In this document: piece after piece, positions 30,427-38,264 of the stretch
Numbering within the stretch: the stretch's first letter is position 1
Layout: the number at the start of each line of letters is the position of its first letter
Source: an uncultured bacterium
Lineage (GTDB): Bacteria > Oederibacteriota > Oederibacteriia > Oederibacteriales > Oederibacteriaceae
NCBI GenBank assembly: GCA_965112635.1
Contig: OZ218778.1
Coordinates: 448,001 to 512,000, forward strand
Direction of reading: 5' to 3'
DNA length: 64,000 bases
Translations under genes and position numbers: made by a program
Notes under the pieces: generated by a model
What the model saw: only the letters and a program-made list of their open reading frames with translations
Database searches by the model: none
What the model was told of the DNA's origin: nothing

Positions 30427-31872
30427 CTACCTGGTTCTCCCCGAAAAGAAAGATGGAACGATGTACTTGAGACTTTTCAATCCGAAAACGATGGTTTCCC
30501 ACCAACCGCGGTTCTCCACCCTGATATAGACGTAGCCATACATGATGGCGAACCAGAGCCGGAATAGCGGATTGGGCGGCAGATGGATCAATTTTTTTAT
30601 GATCGGGAACGACCACGGGATAAGGACCGCGGTCTGAAAAAAATATTGGAGGTTCTCCACTTCCCTGGCATGAGGAAGTTTGAGCGGGGTGCCGGCATGG
30701 TAGGTTCCAATCACATCGTCCGGCCCGTAATTGGGATCAAGAAGTCCCTGTCTTTTGCTCTGCTCAGCCAGCTCAGTCCCCGGGTATGGGATGAAGACCG
30801 CGATCTGCGGGTAATCCGTGCCTATCTTGATATTGATCTCCACGGTCTCCAGGGCTTGTTCCAAAGTCTCATCCGGCAGTCCCACCATGTTGAAAGTCCG
30901 GAAGATGATATGGTTCTCCTTGAGATAACCCGCTACCCGAATGATCTGTTCATCGGTCACGCCCTTACGCAAGAGACCGTTGCGGAGTTTCTCATTACCG
31001 GTCTCCAGACCGAACAATGCGCTCCTGCATCCAGCCCTGGCGATCATCTTGACAGTTTCCTCGTCCGTCAAATCCGCCCGGATCAGACAGGTGAAAGGGA
31101 TTTTAATTTCTTTTTCGTATATTTCGGTCAGCTCTCTGATCCATTGCTTGTTCATGATGAAAGTGTCGTCAATGAAAAAAACATTTTTAGTCCTTATCCT
31201 TGAGGTGACCTCATGGACCTCGTCCATGAGGTTCCGGGGAGATCGGAAACGGACAGGTTTGCCTTTGCCCCTGTAAAGATCGTTATAGACATGATTGAAA
31301 CAGAATGTGCAGTTGAAAGGACATCCCCTGCCTGCCCTGAAAACCTGTGTCTGCGTGTTCAGGACTTTCGGGTAACGACCGTAAAGTTCTCTCCAGGGAA
31401 ATGGGAGCGAATCCATATCCGCTACGAGAGGCCTCACATCGTTCTTTACGATCTCTCCGTTCTTTTTTTTGACCCAAAAATTCGCGATAGCGTCCAGGGG
31501 TTTGCCTTTATCAATGGCTTCAGCCAGCTCCACGATGGCGTTATCGGCTTCGCCCCGGCAGATGATGTCCAAACCCTCCTTTTCGATCACCTCAGGAACG
31601 AAGGTTGGATGAGCTCCACCCATGACAGTCAAGGCATCGGGAAATTCTTTCTTCAATTCCTTGGCCATATTCACAGCCCAGTAATGCCCGCCTGTCATGG
31701 CTGAAAAAGCCAGAACTTGAGGCTTCTCTTTCCTCAATATAGGGATGAAATCTCCTGGTTTCTCGCCGATCAAGGCATCCACCTGGTGCCCGTGCTTTTT
31801 CAGCATGGCCGCCAAGTACATGGGCCCGAAGAACGGATATCCAATGTCTTGAAGAAAAATGAATTTTGCCAT
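30427..31872 (-). CDS. Cobalamin-binding radical SAM protein
   Basis: N-terminal B12 domain (GGAHPT, GEAD), RGCPFNCTFC (CxxxCxxC), FIDDTF, GLETG, PYPGT. Confidence 0.92.
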   Translation of the reverse strand: MAKFIFLQDIGYPFFGPMYLAAMLKKHGHQVDALIGEKPGDFIPILRKEKPQVLAFSAMTGGHYWAVNMAKELKKEFPDALTVMGGAHPTFVPEVIEKEGLDIICRGEADNAIVELAEAIDKGKPLDAIANFWVKKKNGEIVKNDVRPLVADMDSLPFPWRELYGRYPKVLNTQTQVFRAGRGCPFNCTFCFNHVYNDLYRGKGKPVRFRSPRNLMDEVHEVTSRIRTKNVFFIDDTFIMNKQWIRELTEIYEKEIKIPFTCLIRADLTDEETVKMIARAGCRSALFGLETGNEKLRNGLLRKGVTDEQIIRVAGYLKENHIIFRTFNMVGLPDETLEQALETVEINIKIGTDYPQIAVFIPYPGTELAEQSKRQGLLDPNYGPDDVIGTYHAGTPLKLPHAREVENLQYFFQTAVLIPWSFPIIKKLIHLPPNPLFRLWFAIMYGYVYIRVENRGWWETIVFGLKSLKYIVPSFFSGRTR

Positions 31873-31946
31873 CTAAACTCCGATCGTTTTTTCTTACCGG
31901 GACGCCCGTGGGGGACCCGCTTTGGGGCACTGACTTAACAGCTTTT

Positions 31947-32924
31947 CTAGCCTTTGCCCTGCACCAGGGCCAGGTCCGCGTCCACCATCATGGTCACCAA
32001 TTCCTTCAATTTAACCTTTGGCTTCCAGCCCAGGATCTTCCTGGCCTTGGAATAATCGCCCTGCAACAGGTTGACCTCGGCGGGCCTGTAAAAATCCTTG
32101 TCCACCTTGACGTATTTTTTCCAGTCCAGGCCCGCATGGCCGAAAGCAAGCTGGACAAACTCCCTGACGCTGTGCGTTTCTCCGGTGGCGATCACATAAT
32201 CATCCGGCTTGCTCTGGTGCAGCATCAGCCACATGGCCTCGATGTAATCCCTGGAAAAACCCCAGTCCCGTTTCGCTTCCAGGTTGCCCAGCCTCAGCTC
32301 ACGGGCCAGCCCGCATTTGATCTGCGCGACCGCGTGGGTGATCTTGCGCGTCACGAACTCAAAACCTCTCCGGGGAGATTCGTGGTTGAACAGGATGCCG
32401 CTGCAGCAGAACATGCCGTAACCTTCCCGGTAATTGCGGGTCAGATCAAAACCAGCGACCTTGGATATGCCGTAGGGAGACCGGGGATGGAACGGGGTAT
32501 CCTCGTTCTGGGGAATCTCCCTGGCTTTGCCGAACATTTCACTGGAGGCGGCAAAATAAAACTTGCACTTCGGAGCCGATTCCCTGATGGCGGTAAGAAT
32601 ATGATGGGTGCCGTTGATGTTCGTATTGAGGGTGGAGAACTCGTCCTCAAAGGAATAGCTCACGAAACTCTGGGCCGCCAGATGGTAGCATTCATCGGGC
32701 TTTATCTTGAGGATGACCTTGAACAGGCTGGGGAAGCTTTCCAGGGACCCGGCATGCAGGGTGATCTTGTTTAAAATATGCCTAATTCTCCACATCTGGT
32801 GTTCCGGGTCTTCCAAAGCGACCCGCCTGACGATCCCATGGACCTGGTAACCTTTTTTAAGCAAGAATTCTGATAAATAAGAGCCGTCCTGGCCGTCAAT
32901 TCCCGTGATCAGAGCCTTTTTCAT
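31947..32924 (-). CDS. gmd: GDP-mannose 4,6-dehydratase
   Basis: ALITGIDGQDGSYL, LAAQSFV, SPYGISK, ILFNHESPRRG, LGNLEAKRDWG. Confidence 0.95.
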   Translation of the reverse strand: MKKALITGIDGQDGSYLSEFLLKKGYQVHGIVRRVALEDPEHQMWRIRHILNKITLHAGSLESFPSLFKVILKIKPDECYHLAAQSFVSYSFEDEFSTLNTNINGTHHILTAIRESAPKCKFYFAASSEMFGKAREIPQNEDTPFHPRSPYGISKVAGFDLTRNYREGYGMFCCSGILFNHESPRRGFEFVTRKITHAVAQIKCGLARELRLGNLEAKRDWGFSRDYIEAMWLMLHQSKPDDYVIATGETHSVREFVQLAFGHAGLDWKKYVKVDKDFYRPAEVNLLQGDYSKARKILGWKPKVKLKELVTMMVDADLALVQGKG

Positions 32925-32990
32925 ATCTTCTCAGTTCCCCTCCCCGTAAGTTTTGCTGGTCTGTGCGCGATCTTTAAAAACTAGAATTAC

Positions 32991-33027
32991 ATTTTAGCCT
33001 GTTTTGAGGGTATAAACTACCCCAAAC
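32991..33027 (-). repeat. 37-bp direct repeat, copy 1 (upstream of gmd)
   Basis: ATTTTAGCCTGTTTTGAGGGTATAAACTACCCCAAAC; 34/37 identical to 35933-35969. Confidence 0.85.
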
Positions 33028-33122
33028 CTGCACTTTTGCCACGGTACCCACTAAGATTTTTAGATAGAGATGTGATAAAATTTGTTCAATTGTACTAAAA
33101 CAAACTTGGATATTGCTAGGAG

Positions 33123-33434
33123 ATGGGAAAAATGCCTGTTCAAATTACCGTTGACGACAAAAAAATAGCCGATTTCTGCGTGCGGAACCATATCAGGAAA
33201 CTATCCTTTTTCGGATCGGTGTTGGAGGAAAAATTCAGGCCGGACAGCGATATTGACGTTTTGTTGGAATTCGATACCCAATATCCTGTTGGTTTCAGGA
33301 TCATTGACATGGAAGAAGAGCTTTCCCGTCTGTTGGACGGCCACAGGGTGGATATTGTAAATGCTAAATACCTTAATCCCCGCATGAGGAACAATGTGTT
33401 GGCCGGGGCGGAAATGCACTATGCCCAGGGATGA
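33123..33434 (+). CDS. MNT nucleotidyltransferase antitoxin (MntA-like)
   Basis: FFGSV..DSDIDVL motif; 103 aa; overlaps the downstream HEPN gene. Confidence 0.9.
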   Translation: MGKMPVQITVDDKKIADFCVRNHIRKLSFFGSVLEEKFRPDSDIDVLLEFDTQYPVGFRIIDMEEELSRLLDGHRVDIVNAKYLNPRMRNNVLAGAEMHYAQG

Positions 33435-33759
33435 AATGATTTATCTGGGGCATATGCTGGATATGACCCAAAAGGCGGTTGATTCGCTAAGAGGAAAATC
33501 CCGTGCCGATTATGATGGGGATGAAATTCTAAGACTGGCCTTGGCTCACCTGGTGCAGACCATCGGAGAAGCAGCTTCCCACGTGTCAAAAGATACTCAC
33601 GCGAAATACCCCAATATCCCATGGAAAAAAATTATCGGGATGCGGCACAAAGTCGTTCACGACTATATGTATGTGGATTATGACATCCTGTGGGACGTTG
33701 TTTCCATTGAGCTTCCCGCCATTATTCCTCAACTCAAAAAAACATTGGGCATTAATTAA
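33421..33759 (+). CDS. HEPN/DUF86 ribonuclease toxin (HepT-like)
   Basis: IGEAA, IPWKKIIGMRHKVVHDY (Rx4HxY), ILWD. Confidence 0.9.
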   Translation: MPRDEMIYLGHMLDMTQKAVDSLRGKSRADYDGDEILRLALAHLVQTIGEAASHVSKDTHAKYPNIPWKKIIGMRHKVVHDYMYVDYDILWDVVSIELPAIIPQLKKTLGIN

Positions 33760-33789
33760 GCGCTGCGGCACTGTGCCGCCTCCGTGTCA

Positions 33790-33820
33790 TGCCGAGGCCA
33801 GCTGAAGGCTGGCCTCGGCA
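33790..33820. terminator. Perfect 13-bp hairpin between convergent genes
   Basis: TGCCGAGGCCAGC-TGAAG-GCTGGCCTCGGCA; no clear U-tract. Confidence 0.55.
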
Positions 33821-33831
33821 ATCAACCCCTT

Positions 33832-35439
33832 TTAAATGCCAGATTGCTTCGTCCTCAGCCCTTTGACCGCCTGGTCCGCGATACGCATGGCTATGGCCAT
33901 GATGGCGAAAGACAGGTTCTTGGCTGGAAGCACCGGAAATACTCCGGCATCAGCCACATAAACATTTTTGGTGCAAGCCAGTTTGCCATCGGCTTCGGTC
34001 CGGTAAATGAGGTTCGGGTCATTGCTCATAGCTAAAGTCCCGGCGTAATGGATGCCGTTCCCCGGTGAGGGGTACTGGACCAGGGAACTGTGGGACAAAA
34101 ACCCCGCCTTGCGGAAAAGTTTGATGAGATGCTCCTCTACCTTCCCCACTTGGGGCGGCCGGCTATAGAATACCGAGAGCGCCCCATTGGGTTCTAATTT
34201 TAAATAATTGTCCGGGTTGGGCTCATCCTGGTAAAAAAGCTGCAGCACTGAAATAGCGGGAAGCACATATTTGCTGGCCATCAGGTTGCCCCGCCCAGCC
34301 AGGGGCAGGTCCCGGAATATATCCGAAGCCAGGGGCGAACTGATCCCGAAATAGCTGGCCTGCACATAGCTGTCCCACAGGGGGCCCTCATAAACCGCGT
34401 TGAGCTGGACCAACCCTGTGCTTTGTTCTTCTATCGGGTATCCCAGAAACCGCGGATGCAAAAACGGGATCAGGCTGATCTGGTTTTCCAGCAAAGGCAA
34501 ATGTGTTTTAAAGTCGTTGTAGGACTGCAAAACGATCCTGGCGCTGTTGAGCGTGCCTGCGCCCAGGATCAATTTTTTCGCCTCAAATCGTTCCTCGGTC
34601 CCTTTCCTGAGATTTTTGACCGATACTGCGACCCCGTCGTCCGTGTCTTCGAATTTTTCCACCAGGCACTGGTCCGCATATTCTATCTTTTTATCGGCTA
34701 TCAATTTTTTCATGGTCATGGCCGGAGAGTATATATATGGTAGGTCTGCCTGCCAAAAAGTAAGATTGTCGTAGTTGCAGGCAGGCCGGTCTGGGAGCGG
34801 TTCGCTGAGCAGACAAACTCTGGAATGGCCCAGAGTAAATCCGTTCCTGCGGAAACAGGATTTTTTAGCCTGGTATTTTTGCAGCAGATGAGCGGACAAG
34901 GTATCCAACCTTAAAGGTTTTTGCAGTCCTGTCCCCGGCCCCAAATGGCCGGCCATGTCATCCACGGCTCCGCTGACCCCTACTTCCCGGGTCAGAATAT
35001 CGAAGTAAGGCTCCAGATCTTTGCCTTTAAAAGGGAACTGCTTGAGATCCTTGTCCAGGTAGCGGTAAACTCCCCCGCCCCAGGCATTGGCCAGGCCTCC
35101 CAGAGCAAAACTTTGTACCGGGTCAAACCCCTGTTTGTTGAGTGGAGCCAGCTCTGTGGTCCGGTCTATGACATATCGGAAACGCGGAGCTTTGAGTTTG
35201 GAGGTCATATAGCTGTGATGCAGGTTATGCAGAGACTCGTACTGCGGCCCGAGCAGGTATTGCCTTTGGTTCTCGTCCTTTTCCCTGAGCTCAAAAATAT
35301 TTTTGGACAGCACCGGTTCTGGCCCGGGTTTTATGCCCACATCCAGGACCAAGGGCTTGAACCCTCTTTGGACCGCCTGGTAAGCTGCCCAGGCTCCGCT
35401 GCACCCTGAACCCACAATGATCAAATCATGAATGGGCAT
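33832..35439 (-). CDS. GMC-family FAD oxidoreductase
   Basis: IIVGSGCSG, ALGGLANAWG, LGAGTLNS, IHYAGT, VYVADAGVFP. Confidence 0.85.
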   Translation of the reverse strand: MPIHDLIIVGSGCSGAWAAYQAVQRGFKPLVLDVGIKPGPEPVLSKNIFELREKDENQRQYLLGPQYESLHNLHHSYMTSKLKAPRFRYVIDRTTELAPLNKQGFDPVQSFALGGLANAWGGGVYRYLDKDLKQFPFKGKDLEPYFDILTREVGVSGAVDDMAGHLGPGTGLQKPLRLDTLSAHLLQKYQAKKSCFRRNGFTLGHSRVCLLSEPLPDRPACNYDNLTFWQADLPYIYSPAMTMKKLIADKKIEYADQCLVEKFEDTDDGVAVSVKNLRKGTEERFEAKKLILGAGTLNSARIVLQSYNDFKTHLPLLENQISLIPFLHPRFLGYPIEEQSTGLVQLNAVYEGPLWDSYVQASYFGISSPLASDIFRDLPLAGRGNLMASKYVLPAISVLQLFYQDEPNPDNYLKLEPNGALSVFYSRPPQVGKVEEHLIKLFRKAGFLSHSSLVQYPSPGNGIHYAGTLAMSNDPNLIYRTEADGKLACTKNVYVADAGVFPVLPAKNLSFAIMAIAMRIADQAVKGLRTKQSGI

Positions 35440-35881
35440 GGATTAGCTCCCGGAAAAGCTTGGTCTTTAATAACATAGTTCCCTTGGTCACCTTGTAAGC
35501 CGACCGGACACCCTGATACGCCATCACCAGACAAGCCTTGAACCATGATTTCCTGCGGTTCACGAACAAATGAAAATACCTGCGGTCCGTCTCCACCAAA
35601 TAGAACAGTATTTGCATTTTTTTGGACAAAGGATTATTTTTATCGCGAACGCGCCAAGCGTACTCCACAGCTTCCAAGTCATAATATTTTTCCACTGCCC
35701 GGGCCAGCCGGGTTTGCCACAAGGAAATCTCTGCATCCGTAAAAACAATGCGGTGGGCTTCCTGATAAGCTCGGACTATGCTCGCGTCAGGCTTAAATCC
35801 AAAAACCTCCTGGCACAGCCATCCACATTCTTTCTCTAAAATAATCCCCATCTCATTTTCCCCGTTTGTCTTATCCGGCAT
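35426..35881 (-). CDS. Hypothetical protein coupled to the GMC oxidoreductase
   Basis: ORF overlapping the GMC start; ATG at 35881 follows a purine-rich RBS. Confidence 0.6.
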   Translation of the reverse strand: MPDKTNGENEMGIILEKECGWLCQEVFGFKPDASIVRAYQEAHRIVFTDAEISLWQTRLARAVEKYYDLEAVEYAWRVRDKNNPLSKKMQILFYLVETDRRYFHLFVNRRKSWFKACLVMAYQGVRSAYKVTKGTMLLKTKLFRELIHAHS

Positions 35882-35932
35882 ATCTTTCCCTTTTTCCTTG
35901 CAGACTCTTAAAAACATGAAAAACAAAACCTT

Positions 35933-35969
35933 ATTTTAGCCTGTTTTGGGGGCGTAAACTACCCCAAAC
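35933..35969 (-). repeat. 37-bp direct repeat, copy 2
   Basis: ATTTTAGCCTGTTTTGGGGGCGTAAACTACCCCAAAC. Confidence 0.85.
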
Positions 35970-36165
35970 ACACCACTTCCAGGGGCTAATTTATCAAGGG
36001 TTCCAGGGGAGTTTCAATAGGGGATGGGGGGGAGGCGGGATGTCAAATGTCAGACCTGCCCTCCGTAGTGTTTTAAAGGGGGGACGCGACCCCGGGTGTT
36101 CTCTCAGCACCCCCTTGTGGGGTGGTTCTAGAACTACCGAACTAGCGTCTCCGATGCAATGGCCG

Positions 36166-36882
36166 CTACCTAGAGTTTTGTGGTATGCCCTGATTAGCGG
36201 GAGCTGGTGGTCTTAACTGGGGACCATTAAGAACAGCATCCACAAACCGATTCCTTGTTAAAGCGACAATAATTGCATTTCCATCCTTACGGTCAGGATG
36301 CAATTGCCAGAGAACATTTCGCTTTTGATCCTGGTCATACTTTAATACAAACCCCAGAAAATCGAAAAACACCGACACTCGGCTATTGAGCCAGGCGACA
36401 GGAAGGCATTTTTCAGGATTGGGAACTAAGTAATAATCAATCTTGTTTGTGCGTTTAAAACTACCAAAACCCTTTTGAAAACGAGGATAGTCTCTCTTTA
36501 GCCGCGTCCCATCAACAACCCATGCCATTTTTCCATAGAAAGCCTCACGGCTTTGCACCTCACTAGCCTTGATCGCAGAATGCTGAAATTCTATTACGAA
36601 CCCATTCTTAGCCTTTATATCTGCAATATGTTTTTCTCCAGTTGTATCTGTATGGATTACCTCCTGCCAATTATCAGGAAAATGTTCTTTCCATTTTCTG
36701 TGCCACTCTGTTTCATTTTCCCACCAATGATCACAGTCTGCGGTTCTTTTGTGAGCCCAATGCCAGACCTTTACCAGCCCGCACTTGGCGATCATTTCAC
36801 TTTCGCAATATCTGCAAGTACCCCGCAGCCCTCGCTGAGCCTCTACCTTGTTTCCATTTACCTTAGCAAATTTCATATTCAT
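36166..36882 (-). CDS. CoiA-like Zn-finger/PD-(D/E)XK-type nuclease
   Basis: CRYC..AKCG..WHWAH, ETEWH..WK, HIADI..VIEFQHS. Confidence 0.85.
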   Translation of the reverse strand: MNMKFAKVNGNKVEAQRGLRGTCRYCESEMIAKCGLVKVWHWAHKRTADCDHWWENETEWHRKWKEHFPDNWQEVIHTDTTGEKHIADIKAKNGFVIEFQHSAIKASEVQSREAFYGKMAWVVDGTRLKRDYPRFQKGFGSFKRTNKIDYYLVPNPEKCLPVAWLNSRVSVFFDFLGFVLKYDQDQKRNVLWQLHPDRKDGNAIIVALTRNRFVDAVLNGPQLRPPAPANQGIPQNSR

Positions 36883-36911
36883 TTCCTTTTAACACCAAAA
36901 ATAAGTCTTAA

Positions 36912-37082
36912 TTACTTTTGCGAACCGTTTTTTTCTAATAATGAACGGATATTTTTTAAATGCTCTTCTATTTTATCTAACTTGAAATACCAAAGGACAA
37001 TGCTTCGAAAAATATAAAACAATGAAATCATAATAGCCAAAACTATAATAAAAGCTACTAAGTAGGCCACCGCATCAACCAT
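36912..37082 (-). CDS. Small 56-aa membrane protein (absent from the ORF track)
   Basis: AGGAGG RBS; MVDAVAYLVAFIIVLAIMISLFYIFRSIVLWYFKLDKIEEHLKNIRSLLEKNGSQK*. Confidence 0.75.
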   Translation of the reverse strand: MVDAVAYLVAFIIVLAIMISLFYIFRSIVLWYFKLDKIEEHLKNIRSLLEKNGSQK

Positions 37083-37131
37083 AAAATCCTCCTTTAAAAT
37101 AAAATCGAAACACCATTAAAACTACATATTG

Positions 37132-37159
37132 ATTTTACGCCCACTGCTATTCCTGTCAA
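37132..37159 (-). promoter_or_regulatory. Sigma70-type promoter for the small ORF and the coiA-like gene
   Basis: TTGACA-N16-TAAAAT on the minus strand, about 50 nt before the ATG. Confidence 0.6.
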
Positions 37160-37312
37160 ACATTTCACCCAAATATCTATTTCGGCGTTACGGCGATTGC
37201 CGAAACGCCGAAGGAGATTTGGTAGCGATAAAAGAAGAGGAATTACTGGTTGGGAGTAAAAGGGTGGAAAGAGGCGACTGCTAGACCTTATAACTGAAGA
37301 CCTGACCCCCAT

Positions 37313-38257
37313 TTACAATAATTTTCCTTGGTTTTTATTAGCATATGCTAAATGCCGTAAGTTGTAGAATTGATCCTTTTTAAAATAAATATCCTGACTA
37401 ATTATTTGTTTCTTGGATAATTTATTTTTAGGAAAGAAGGATAATCCATATTTTTTATAATACACACTTTTAAAATTAGATGCATTAAACTCCATAATCT
37501 GTATTGGTAATGAGTTTTGCAACATTTTCTCCGCACAGTTACATTTTCCTTGATGTTCCGAGGTATTATCCAATATCTGCCCAAAGGTCCCTGTAATTAA
37601 ATCTACGTACTGAATAATATGACTCTGTTCTTTATATAATGCTTCCTTCTCATGATCCGAATCCACTTCCAATATTTCATGGTTCTCAAATTTGATATGT
37701 TCATCATTAATAAAAGCTTTAGTGCCAATCTCAAAAATTGGTTTAGTGTGAAAATTGTCCTCAGATTCTCTGGTTTTTGAATCAGAATAAATATTTTTTA
37801 TTGTTACCTTATCAAATCCAGCGGACTTATTTAGAAAAAACCATTTTAAAGCACCATATAATCCTATTTGGAAAAATCTATTATAGATTTTAAAATCCCT
37901 GGTTTGATTATCATTCCATAAAGATTTATCCACTTTTGTCAAATCTACCCCAAAAAAATAAAAATAACTTGATTTCATATTTTGATTACAAAATAAATTT
38001 AACCATCTATTTGCCAAATCATTCTGCGTCAGCGTATTGTTCAGCTTATGAAAATGCAATTCTTTGTTCCACGTGCTTTTTTCACGTTGCTGCAAAAGAG
38101 AACCAACGAATTTGTCTTCTTTATCAAACGGTATAAATAAATAACCGTGATATAACCACGATTTCGATAATATTCTTTCATCATGAAAAACATTGCATTT
38201 AATTTCTTTATTTTGTACAGGAATATTAAAAAGATCCACATTCATTTCAGTAAGCAA
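37313..38257 (-). CDS. DUF3800-like protein (RNase H-like fold)
   Basis: N-terminal FHDE, ELHF, C-terminal IIQYVDL (QxxD), matching the DE/QxxD signature of DUF3800. Confidence 0.7.
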   Translation of the reverse strand: MLTEMNVDLFNIPVQNKEIKCNVFHDERILSKSWLYHGYLFIPFDKEDKFVGSLLQQREKSTWNKELHFHKLNNTLTQNDLANRWLNLFCNQNMKSSYFYFFGVDLTKVDKSLWNDNQTRDFKIYNRFFQIGLYGALKWFFLNKSAGFDKVTIKNIYSDSKTRESEDNFHTKPIFEIGTKAFINDEHIKFENHEILEVDSDHEKEALYKEQSHIIQYVDLITGTFGQILDNTSEHQGKCNCAEKMLQNSLPIQIMEFNASNFKSVYYKKYGLSFFPKNKLSKKQIISQDIYFKKDQFYNLRHLAYANKNQGKLL

Positions 38258-38264
38258 CCATGTT

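Noticed and set aside
31866-32774. Long plus-strand ORF (302 aa), and similar ones at 56315-57238, 57232-58044, 58957-59865 and 21814-22554
   Set aside because: These are antisense shadows of clear minus-strand genes and have no recognisable motifs
37094-37312. 72-aa ORF after the DUF3800 gene
   Set aside because: It has no RBS or motifs and overlaps the hairpin and a promoter; more likely non-coding
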